Positions 1 to 9,996 of a stretch of DNA of 64,000 nt are shown one piece after another. The position numbers and the translations under genes are program-made. Every line of letters begins with the position of its first letter. Position 1 is the first letter of the stretch. The DNA comes from Minutocellus sp. GHC0000111 (Eukaryota): assembly GCA_977018835.1 (NCBI GenBank), contig OZ361256.1:7068001-7132000 (forward strand), given 5' to 3'. The notes under the pieces are model-generated. The model saw only the letters and a list, made by a program, of their open reading frames with translations, made no database searches and was not told the DNA's origin.

Positions 1-492
1 GGCGCAGAGGAAGGCCTCGTATCCGTCCCGCAGGTGCATGCTCTGATGGGCCGAGGTGTGCGTTCGGAGGAGGGTTTCGTCGCAGATGTAATACGTGTCG
101 GAGGGGGAGCGACCGGGATGGTCGGGATCGATGCGAAGATCATCGAAACACTGCTTGGTCGTGACGATGGGATCCTCGGCGTCGAAGATTTTGTAATCGT
201 CAGGGAGGGAGGCAAAGTACTCCTGGATCTTGGCCCGGATGATGCCGATGGGATGGTCGGGCTTGGTGTGGAGACCGCGGCCGACGAGGGCGGCGATGTG
301 AGGGGGGACATTGTTGTTGGGATGGTCGCTCAGGTAACGCTCGGCGTTGGCGTAGTCCACCTCCTCAGCTACACTGGCCATTGCAAGGGCCGACGATGGC
401 CGAGTCGCCGTCCTCGGCAAAGAGGAGAGCGGGGCCCATGCCATGGCGGCATCAAGAAGCACGGCGGATACACAAAGGGTGAGGAACTTCAT
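1..492 (-). CDS. FARS2: Organellar (monomeric) phenylalanyl-tRNA synthetase, 5' part; runs off the window edge
   Basis: Not in ORF track; manual translation from ATG at 492: MKFLTLCVSAVLLDAAMAWAP...LHTKPDHPIGII...QCFDDLRIDPDHPGRSPSDTYY...LLRTHTSAHQ, diagnostic of mito/plastid PheRS; signal peptide followed by AW-AP (ASAFAP-like). Confidence 0.93.
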   Translation of the reverse strand, partial: MKFLTLCVSAVLLDAAMAWAPLSSLPRTATRPSSALAMASVAEEVDYANAERYLSDHPNNNVPPHIAALVGRGLHTKPDHPIGIIRAKIQEYFASLPDDYKIFDAEDPIVTTKQCFDDLRIDPDHPGRSPSDTYYICDETLLRTHTSAHQSMHLRDGYEAFLCA

Positions 493-924
493 CGCTTCTT
501 CTGCTACGATCTACGTTCGAGACGAACTAAAAATGAGCACATGGTCTGGAGCGATCTCACTGGGCTGACTCACTCGCAGAGCAAAACGAGTCAGGCGGGC
601 ACTCGAAAGGATTTGAAAGTGACGTGATGATGACGTATTAGAAACACGACCACACCAGACCAAAAATCCAAGCTCACGGCCAAGATGGAAGTCGGGGCAA
701 GAACCAAGCCATGGTCACCAACTTCTACATATAGTCGAGAGATATTGTGCACCAGAACCAATAAATGTACATTATGTGATGATTTTTTTCGACATTTGCA
801 TTCCTCACCCCGGGAAAAAATACATTTTTGGAAGCACCAAATCAAAATGTAATGAACAGAAATGGACATGCTGCTGTGATAAGTTGTAGCAAATCAATGA
901 CTCCATCGTCTTCATCATTTTCAT

Positions 925-3730
925 CTATGTCGTCCTCAATGTCATCATCTTCGCCGGGAGCATCAATTGGCCAGAGTGGTTCACCATCCTCTTCAGCTTC
1001 TTCCTCGGCAATTTTTGCGAGAGACCAGCCTTTCCCCGTCTGGTCTCCACAAGATTGTTGCCACCGCCACGACTTCTCTTGATGTTGTTATGTGTCACTG
1101 GAAGTTTTCCAAATACATTGAGAAAGGCCTCTTTTGATGCGACATTGGCCCATGCTTTCATCACAGTCTTGTCAAGAGCATTCGCATCATTCTTCTGACC
1201 GCGATGCTCCTTTTCGACGGCCGACTGCAAAGACATCCAGATGCCGAGATCAAGAACATTTGTCTCGGGCGACCGAGGAACCTGCTGGATTATCTCAATC
1301 TTATGTTTGTTTTTGAGGTCCTCGGTGTGCTTCTCAACTGCTTCATTGGACCCATGACCGCCGGCATTGTCCATCACAAGACATGTAACATCAGACTCCT
1401 GAACATTTTGTGGATCCCACTTCACCCAATGATGTGCGTCTCGAATCGCCTTCCCGACCTCATTCATGGTCTCTAACATCCATTTGGAGTCGCAGCTACA
1501 GTCCTTGGTAACCTTATCGCCCCGTTGATACCGCACCCCGAGCTCAAGGTCGTCGATCTCAACCTTCACCTTCTCTCCATTGCCATCAGGAGTGTGTCGC
1601 TTGAGACTCGAGATCTTTTGATTGCAGCCAACAGCGCGGCATGCTTGCGACATTTTGCCTGACCGTCGGATTTATAGTCCTCGCATTGAAGTTCCAATCG
1701 CTCTGTAACAAACTCAGAAAGGCCGTAGATTTCGGCAACGTGGTCGCAAAGATGGCCGGCGGTCATGTCAGCATTCTCGTCGTAAATGTCGCGCCAATCT
1801 TTGTCATTTTTTAGCGCATCGGAGCATCTGGAGAGAAATTCTGATTACGCGTAAGCTTTTCCACCTTCTGCTCCCTGGCGACTCTCTTGATCATGATGCG
1901 CCCATTGAAATCAACGTCTTTGGTTTCATCCTTCATTGGTCGGCCAACAACTCCAAGATGCATAACTTTGACAGGGTGTCTTCTGGAGATCGAATTTTCG
2001 GGCTTGCCTCGGAAGCATGGACAGACACGAGGTAGTTCTTCGTCAGAGAGTGGCAACATCTTGATCTTTCGTCGCCGAGCAGCAGTGTAAAACCACTTTT
2101 CATCAAGACACGCTACAGGAATGTTGGGATCGGTCGTAATGTCCTCCCACTTTTCGATCCAATCAAGTCGCTTCCTGCAATGTTCGGGGGTGAGCCTCGG
2201 CTTCTCGATCGACGACTTCTCCTTGCCGCCTTGCTTTTTCCACCAGCGAAAAAGCTGAAGACGATGGAGACTGCTAATTGTCAGCCTGTCTTCATCTGGA
2301 GTAGCTGATTTTGCGCTCATGCAGTCAGCTAGCTCCTTAAAGGTTGCCATCGCACCCTTCATCCGAGCAGCATGCCGACACAGCTCGCGGAGACATCCTG
2401 GCTCCTTCTCCTCGATCATGTCCGTGTGTGCCTTCCTTCCACGAACCTCCTTTCTGCCGATGGGATTGCTGATGCCATCAGTAAGGCTTTTGTAGAGCTG
2501 GTCTCTCCACTTGTAAAGCTGAGAACCACCGGTTGACTTGGCATGGCCGTGATCGTGCGCAACTTGCTTGCCGACACGCGGCAGTTGCAATTTGTTGCCG
2601 GTCTTCATGCGTGCGAGTTGGGTCGCCGCATCCCCACCAATCCGCGAGAGCCACGGCGCTGAACCGCATTCTTTCATTCGCCTGCTTTTCTTTTCTGATT
2701 GGTGTTGGTTCGGTGACGGTTGCATTGGGACGAGGAGGACGGAGCATGTCATCGTTGGCCATCCGAACAACAAAGTCGAGGCCGAGAGCGACCTTTGCCT
2801 GTTCATCAATGTCACTGGAGGTGGCACAGACAACGGAAGTGTCGGCTCCTCCTAAACCTTCATCATTGGGGGAGGCTGCAGCTGCTTCAGTGGCGGAAGC
2901 ATCACCAGTTCCCTTCAGCATGCTGAGGAGACTTGCTGGCATCCAACCCAGTTTCTTGGCCTCGTCGACTAGTGATTTTGCTCTTGCTTCGCAATGCGCT
3001 GACTGCACCTCCTTTCTGTGAGCTGACAACCTCTCACCTAGCTTAGCAGCTACTAAGACAGTCGAGCGCCCAGAGAACAGAACTTCATCGGGATTTCTTT
3101 TCTCGTGCACCTTCTGTCCCTCCGGTCCAGAGAATTTCGGGTGGTTGTCCTCCTTCTTTTTACGCAACCTGTGAGCACAAACACAAAGCGCCCTGCGTCT
3201 TGTCTTCCCTCTCGGCCGACACGTCGACAAGTGCAACAACTTCAAACTGCAATGCTCCTTGAGATGTTGCTGCACATCCTTCCATTTTTCCTCGTTGTAC
3301 TGTAGCTCATACTTTCCTCCACCGACGGACTTGGAACGCAACAAGTCGGCCTCGATGAAAGCAGCAGGGAGGACGTCTTCCCATTTCTGCCGAGAACCAA
3401 CACAAATGTCATCTTTGCCGCAGCAGGAATCGGGGGTTACTCTCCACCACAGATCCTTACCAGCCCTTCGAATGACATCTGCTGCAAGGAGAAAGGCCAT
3501 GGGGATAGGAGGAGGGGCCGTCCTCTTCTTCGCCGACGACGGTGACGGTTTGGCGGGCGAATTTGACCGTGGCCGCTTCTTCGACGTGTGTTTGCGCTCG
3601 GCGATGGTGTTTTCGGCTCAGCTGCCGCCTTCCTGGATGCCTTGGTGTTGCCTCTCTTGCTCCCTGAGAACGAAGTTCTGCTGCGTTTGTATTTTTTGGG
3701 CGTGGTCTGGTTGGTCGTCGTCATCGTCAC
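925..3730 (-). mobile_element. Decayed Tc1/mariner DNA transposon, DD39D type, frameshifted transposase
   Basis: Fragments 2478-3500, 1811-2833, 925-1653 carry KPRLT, LDEKWFY, MDNAGGHG...PRSPETNVLDLG; 39 residues counted between 2nd and 3rd Asp; termini not identified. Confidence 0.88.
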
Positions 3731-4309
3731 AAAATTTGCGGGTTGCGGTGTGAGAGAGAGGGTGTGCGGGGGACCAAAAAATACATGTGTTCCTGCCAGA
3801 ATCTACTGGACCTGCGAATTCAGTGGATGCTACTGGTCGGTGGCAACCTACTGAATGAGCAGGTCCAGTAGATATCCACGAGTTGAGGAGTATTTGCGTT
3901 CCTCCCGAAGAGAATATCGACTAACAAAACACGTGGGGTGGGAAATGAGAAATGGGTGCAAGAATGACCTTTTTTAGGGGTTATTGGTATACCCTCTACA
4001 AATCCTCTGAAACCGAAAGGTACCTAGGTAAGTGTACGTGCGGTGTGTTTCTTTATCGTCATCGTGACATTATGTGTGGAGAGGCGCCCGCCGGCCGGCC
4101 TCGGGCCAGGCGGCAGCAGCAGCAGCACGCTTGACATGTCAGGCAGTCCCACCAGCGGAGCGTCGTACTTGTAGATTACACACACACACACCTGTCCTGC
4201 ATGTACATTGTATGATGGTTAACGGCGCCGTAATTAGAACCTACATCTACATGTATATACAGTAAGTAAGTAGACCTACTACCGGTATCTTCTACATGTA
4301 GATCTAGAT

Positions 4310-7300
4310 CTAGATATCATACTGCTGCAGTGTGTCATCGAAATCATCCAATTCATGAATGAATTCATGCAATTCATCGTCCACTCGGCCGTCTTTCTTC
4401 TCCTTCGCCCAAGATGCCCTCAGGTTTCTGTCGCGTCGGAGGTAGCAATGGTCCAGACTCAATTGATTTGCCCTTGAAAGTCCATCATGGATCACATCAA
4501 TGCACTCCTCCTTGAGCTTAGTCGCCTGCTGTTCTTCGATCATGTTAGACGTAGTCGGAAACTTCTGACAGAGCCAAAGGAACAGTTCCAGCCGGTGAAA
4601 TTGGGCACAGAGAATGGAGAGTTCCTCGAGTGATCCGGGCTGCCGGGCAAAGAATTCTCGTCGATTTACACCCGTGGTTGCATTGTATGCTAGCTTGGAA
4701 GCAAATTGTTTGAGCAACTTCATTGATCTGTCATCGGTCTCATTCACAGGCGCCATGCAAAAGGAGTACTTGTCCGGTAGAGTCAGCTCAAGATCATCAA
4801 CCCATCGTGCAATGAGGCGCATTTGCGTCATTCGACAAAGTCTGTAATCGCGTCGAAGCCTTGCCATATCGTTAAACTGCAAAAGAATCTTGTGCAGCAC
4901 ATTCTCATCAAAGGTTTCACCATCGTCCATTGTCCCATATTTCTTCATAGAATCGGCAAACAGTTGAAAGTGGGATGCAGTTGGTAAAAGCCCAGCCTTT
5001 GCTATGGGCCTAATTTCCGTGCTCATGCACTGTCGCAAATGCTTCAAATCTGCAGGATCGCGCACAGTAACTTCTCCGTTGGGATATGGTGAGTTTCGTC
5101 GACCTGCTCGACCACTTATTTGCTTCACACTCGAATGGTCTAACTGGATAATCCTCTCGCCATTCGATTTGAACATGCTATTGAAGATAATCCGACGGAT
5201 GGAAAGATTTAACCCCATTCCAATTGCATCAGATGCAACCAAAATATCATATCCAGAGTTAGGGTCATTGAATTGGCGTGCCTGCTGAGTTCTGATCTGT
5301 GGTGGCAAGGATCCGTAAATCACGCAGCATTTGAAAGGTGTTGTTCGCTCGATTTCCCGTTTGATTGCAAATATATCGTTACGAGAGAAGGCTACAATAG
5401 CATCTCCTGGTTGCACAGCTTTGTAGGATCCCTTTTCATTGGAAGCTTTTGCTAGGCTCTCTTCTGAAATGATGAGATCACTGAAACGATCATATTCGTT
5501 GAGCTCAAACTCATCTCCACACGCCGCCGCGAGTCTTTCGACCAGTTCTCTCGCTTCGAGGCCTCCTGCAACGTGTATCTCCTTACAGCGTAGCCCCAAA
5601 AGTGCACGAGTCCATGCCCAACCTCGAAACTCATCCGATATCATCTGAATTTCATCTATAACCACCACATCAAAATCTCGATCGAGCGGGGCGAGTTCTA
5701 CGGTCGCCGCAGAGTGAGTTGCGAATGGGATTTCTTTCTTTTCCTGCCCTGTAAAAAGATTACAGTATACACCCTCTGATGTTAATTGCTCATAAATTTC
5801 GGCAGCAAGGAGACGCAAGGGCCCGACATAAAGGCCTTTATCAGCTTGTTTGAGACGCTGCAGAGCCGTATAGGTCTTACCGCTATTGGTTGGTCCCCCG
5901 TGATAAATAATCTTTCGCCTATCCAAACGAGACCTTGGGTACCAGTCCTGCGGTTTAGTCAGGTCGGTCTGGGCGTCGAGGATTCGATATCGTTCAATTA
6001 GCTGCTCGTGGCGGCCGTGCAAATGGCGAGCAAATGCAGGACGAAATTGTTTCATAATTTCACCGGCAAGTGTAGCGGCAGCTTGATACTGTTCATCGGT
6101 CAATACCGGCTGATATTTCTCTCGCTCTTTCCTGAGCTTCTCCAGCTGACGCTCTGCTCCCTCGACAGCTTGCTTGCCTTGCTTCACGCTTTTTTCATGC
6201 TTTTCAAGGCGGCGATAAAGCTTACGCAATCGGCGGTGGACACGAATTCGTGCTGGGGATAACGCATTCCCGTCTGCGTCGATTGGGGACGATTCGAGTC
6301 CTCTTTCTTCATTGCTAGCACCGCCATCAACGTTTGGGTCTTCCACTGCTGACGATGCTGGCTCTAAACCGAGCAATTTTGTTAGACCATTCTTGACAGA
6401 AAGAAGAGGAGATATCTCAACCGACACTTCCTCTTCTTTGGGGGTCTCTTTTTGCTCCAAGATCGCCTTTGCAGATTCTTCTTTTTCCTTCCGTACAACT
6501 TCTCTCAATTCCTCTTCAACTTCTTCCACCTCTTTCTCCACAGATCTGAAATTATTCTCAAACAGCTTTAGCTTTTGCTTTCGGCTCTCAAAATCTACAA
6601 TCTTGCTTTTTACTCTTTGAAGGTATCGGGCGTAGTCGGATTTTGTCTTTCGATTTTGTCTGTGATGCTTGGTAAATTGGGGGTCAGCAAACCCTGCATC
6701 GCCCAGTCTGTCCAGCAAAATATTTGCAGGGCAAGTATCGGGGGATCCGTCTGTGTCCCTATTCTCAGCGCTCAGCGGAATGGACAACGTTTCGGGAGCA
6801 TCGAGCAATTGCTGCACAAAAGTTGGAATGGAGTCAACGTAGATACCCTTGTATTGTGCTGCTGGACTTCCATCGTCTTTGGAAGACGTAGGATCGACAA
6901 GATGGCCATCGGCATCGGCAGATGATGAAAAATTCAACTCTGCCATTGCCGCCGCAAACAAATCACTCCGTGTGCTGAGAAGATACGGGACGGCATATTT
7001 CGCCACGTTCATCCGGCTTGCAGCCACTGCCCGTTCGGCTCTACGCCGCCTCGCTTCCTCTATTTGCTGGGCCTGCATTTTCTCGTGCAACCGGGCCCGC
7101 TCCTCCGCTTTGATCTGTGTAAGACGCCGTTCGTGGGCCTGCCGAGCCTCATGGACCTGTTGCAGCGTCATTTGCGGATCAGGTGTGAACTTCTCGGGTA
7201 TCACATTATCTTTAGTGTGTTTCGGCGAAGTCAAAGGTGAGGTTACCGACGACGACGACGACGACGACGAAAGGGGGCGTCGTCCGATACGAGTTGCGGG

Positions 7301-7426
7301 TGCAGACTCGATCAGTAGTGTGAGCTGCCTGCGCCGAATGGCATTCGAAGTGATTTCAATGCAATCGAGACACACGGGTGCCGGCCTTTGCCGTAAACGG
7401 GTGCGGATGATAGCAGCAGAAAGCAT
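4310..7426 (-). CDS. SUV3: Mitochondrial ATP-dependent RNA helicase SUV3
   Basis: GPTNSGKT, PLRLLA, DEIQ, YGSLPP, ASDAIGMGLNL, QISGRAGR; Arg/Ser-rich presequence. Confidence 0.95.
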   Translation of the reverse strand: MLSAAIIRTRLRQRPAPVCLDCIEITSNAIRRRQLTLLIESAPATRIGRRPLSSSSSSSSVTSPLTSPKHTKDNVIPEKFTPDPQMTLQQVHEARQAHERRLTQIKAEERARLHEKMQAQQIEEARRRRAERAVAASRMNVAKYAVPYLLSTRSDLFAAAMAELNFSSSADADGHLVDPTSSKDDGSPAAQYKGIYVDSIPTFVQQLLDAPETLSIPLSAENRDTDGSPDTCPANILLDRLGDAGFADPQFTKHHRQNRKTKSDYARYLQRVKSKIVDFESRKQKLKLFENNFRSVEKEVEEVEEELREVVRKEKEESAKAILEQKETPKEEEVSVEISPLLSVKNGLTKLLGLEPASSAVEDPNVDGGASNEERGLESSPIDADGNALSPARIRVHRRLRKLYRRLEKHEKSVKQGKQAVEGAERQLEKLRKEREKYQPVLTDEQYQAAATLAGEIMKQFRPAFARHLHGRHEQLIERYRILDAQTDLTKPQDWYPRSRLDRRKIIYHGGPTNSGKTYTALQRLKQADKGLYVGPLRLLAAEIYEQLTSEGVYCNLFTGQEKKEIPFATHSAATVELAPLDRDFDVVVIDEIQMISDEFRGWAWTRALLGLRCKEIHVAGGLEARELVERLAAACGDEFELNEYDRFSDLIISEESLAKASNEKGSYKAVQPGDAIVAFSRNDIFAIKREIERTTPFKCCVIYGSLPPQIRTQQARQFNDPNSGYDILVASDAIGMGLNLSIRRIIFNSMFKSNGERIIQLDHSSVKQISGRAGRRNSPYPNGEVTVRDPADLKHLRQCMSTEIRPIAKAGLLPTASHFQLFADSMKKYGTMDDGETFDENVLHKILLQFNDMARLRRDYRLCRMTQMRLIARWVDDLELTLPDKYSFCMAPVNETDDRSMKLLKQFASKLAYNATTGVNRREFFARQPGSLEELSILCAQFHRLELFLWLCQKFPTTSNMIEEQQATKLKEECIDVIHDGLSRANQLSLDHCYLRRDRNLRASWAKEKKDGRVDDELHEFIHELDDFDDTLQQYDI

Positions 7427-8045
7427 CGTTCTCGGGGAAGGCGGTGCCTCTCTGGTACTACTATTCTTCTAGTAGGTAGCTGCGTAGCATGAGGAGTTGA
7501 GGGTTGAGTGGGGAGGCAGGGCAAGAGGCAAGTCAACCAGCGCAGTGCAGGAGTGCAGGGCTGCTTCTGCTGCTGCTGCTGCTACTCTACACGTAACTGC
7601 CTGCTGTCGGTGGTGGCGTGGCGTGGGACGGACGGTGGATGGGATCGGATGATCGGCATGATCGGATGTGGGATGCAGCTTCTTACCAATTTGCCAACGT
7701 GCTCGAAAAAGACATTGGCCAAAGGGTGATGATGATGATGAACATGAGCGAGGATGGCAGGTTCGTGATCAACACATGAGAGAAAACATAGATTTAGGAT
7801 TTTCATTTCAATATGTAATTTTGACTTACTATTTTAAGTCCAATCTTGATAAGCAGTTTTACAAACTGTGCCTATCAAAAGGCTTCCGACATCCAAAAAG
7901 TTTGGTGAAGGGTTCGGATGGTTTGCTCGAAATGGCGCCTGGTCAAGTTTGAGGCATCAACAATCAACTGGTCACTGAAGCAGTTGTCCTTCAATAATAT
8001 CCTCCCCTACCCTCCATCATAAGCACTTACGCCAAATATCTTTCC

Positions 8046-8835
8046 ATGCAATCAGATCGATCTCGCCATCATGTACCTCCAAATCAAGCGGTCGCGAAAC
8101 GTCGGGGTGTTTTTGCATTCATCACCATATCCTTTTTCCTTCCCGTGGTGACGGATGCGAATAAAACGTATGTATCACGCTTTTCGGATCATAACTACTC
8201 TCTACATACACCATCGTGTGCTTATCCTCGTGATACCCAGGGCATCACGAGCTCCGAGATCATTCATCGTCGTCAAGTTGAGGGGGGAGAAGAAGAATCA
8301 AAGATCAAGGAAAAAGCAAAGGACGAACAGCAAGATGATGCTCACGAAGAAGCAACGACAGGATTGTTGAATTTTCGTGCAGCTTCGCTTCCCGAGGAGA
8401 TCAAAAGGGCCATGAATGAGGTCACCGATGACTACATGCTTTCCCTCGACATCCTCCTACCGCAGATCCCCTCCTCATACGACTTGCAGGTCAACCAACA
8501 GCTTCAATTCCAATTATAATTCTCAGACCAAGACTTCCGTCGTCAAGGAAACAGACATCGGCCTTCAATTCAGTACCCGATCGCTTCGCACGATTGAGAT
8601 TAAAATCACATTCGAGGATGATGGGCGAGATGCCGTCGTGGTGGAAGAACCCATTATCAAGGAACCTACGATGACACATGCCTCTCCGGTCATGTCGCAA
8701 ACCATCGTTCCTGAAGAAAGTTGTTCTCCTCCTACTTCTTTCTACCGTGAGGAGATAGAGCTCGAGCCAATCCTGGTTAGAGATGTGTCACCTGATGGCG
8801 TTGCGTCAAGCCTCTTTCGTCACATGAGCAAGTAG
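8046..8835 (+). CDS. Hypothetical protein, split over two overlapping frames
   Basis: ORFs 8046-8519 (N-terminal hydrophobic stretch) and 8416-8835 overlap; no recognisable domain. Confidence 0.35.
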
Positions 8836-9133
8836 GTCGACAATTTCAATGTGCATGTTCCAAAGGGAAAGGAGATTGATTACATGAAGAAAGGAGGGAC
8901 GACCGATACGGCCTCCAAAGATAGCACTGCACCGAACTTGGTGGAGTCCATACTAGTAGCCAAAAATGTACGGTACGTTCATAATAGTGGGTTGATAACA
9001 CCCTCATACTTACCGGTAGTGCCGGTAATAATTCATAATAACAACACAACATGACCTAGATCTAACTCCGCATGCATGTATGCGATGCATGTTTTCGATT
9101 TTTGTTTAGATAGATCTACATGTACACATGTAA

Positions 9134-9350
9134 AGTCGAGAACATGGTTACTACGAGCAGTTTAGAGGATTTAGAAGTGGACCTGAACGGCATACATGTT
9201 CTACGTAGACGTTTATAGGATCGACATAATCAGAAGATGAGAAGCGAAGAAAGTAGGATAAGCAAAGCCAGCCGCAAATAATTACTCATAGTGCCGTTCA
9301 GGTCCACTTCTAAATCCTCTAAACTGCTCGTAGTAACCATATTCTCGACT
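9134..9350. repeat. 59-bp inverted repeat (arms 9134-9192 and 9292-9350)
   Basis: agtcgagaa(c/t)atggttactacgagcag...cctgaacggca present on both strands, one mismatch. Confidence 0.9.
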
Positions 9351-9996
9351 CGAATGACGAGCCGAGAATCCGTCACTATCAGAGCATCTACATGTACCAG
9401 TCTCAAAATGATTCTTTGTCTCATATATACATGTACAGGACTGTATGATCTGCAGTGCAATGGAAGAGCCAGTACAGGACAATCGAGGAAGCGACACCCG
9501 TTTACATACAATAGATGTACACATGAGAGAGTCTGCCGTAGATATGTTAAAGGATTAGATCTCGAGATCTATCCTTCTTGCTTGGGGGCCGATCTATCAT
9601 TTCTGTGAGATGATGATGGATGGAGAGAGGCCGATCCTCCCCATATGCATGTCAATGTACCGGTAGATCTTGAGCCTCTAGCTAGCTGCGTCCATATATA
9701 CTGGTACAATTACTGTCAAAACGAGTCGACATGCGTGTTGTAATTCGCTTCTTCGAAGCATGGGTTTGTCTCAAATCGCTTGCTACATGTACCGGTACAT
9801 GTATGTTGCAATGTGTCTCCGGCTGATGATTTTCGTGTGGCCTGTTGCTACTGTTGCTGTGGTTGACGGCCATCTTGCCGGTTTTTGTCTTCTTCGCGAG
9901 AAAAACGGTTTTTTCCCTGCGGCCGCTATCTGCTTGCTATCCATATTGCTCCACGGCTGCCCTCTGGGCCAATCCCATTGCATTATATAGCCAGCC

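Noticed and set aside
34..627. 197-aa plus-strand ORF
   Set aside because: Antisense shadow of the PheRS gene
620..636. TGACGT aureochrome/bZIP boxes (also TGACGTCA at 17659)
   Set aside because: Hexamers expected by chance in 64 kb; no supporting evidence
640..4030. TIRs for the mariner
   Set aside because: Only short matches (accaataa); the 15-bp inverted pair at 3801-3815/3859-3873 is local, not terminal
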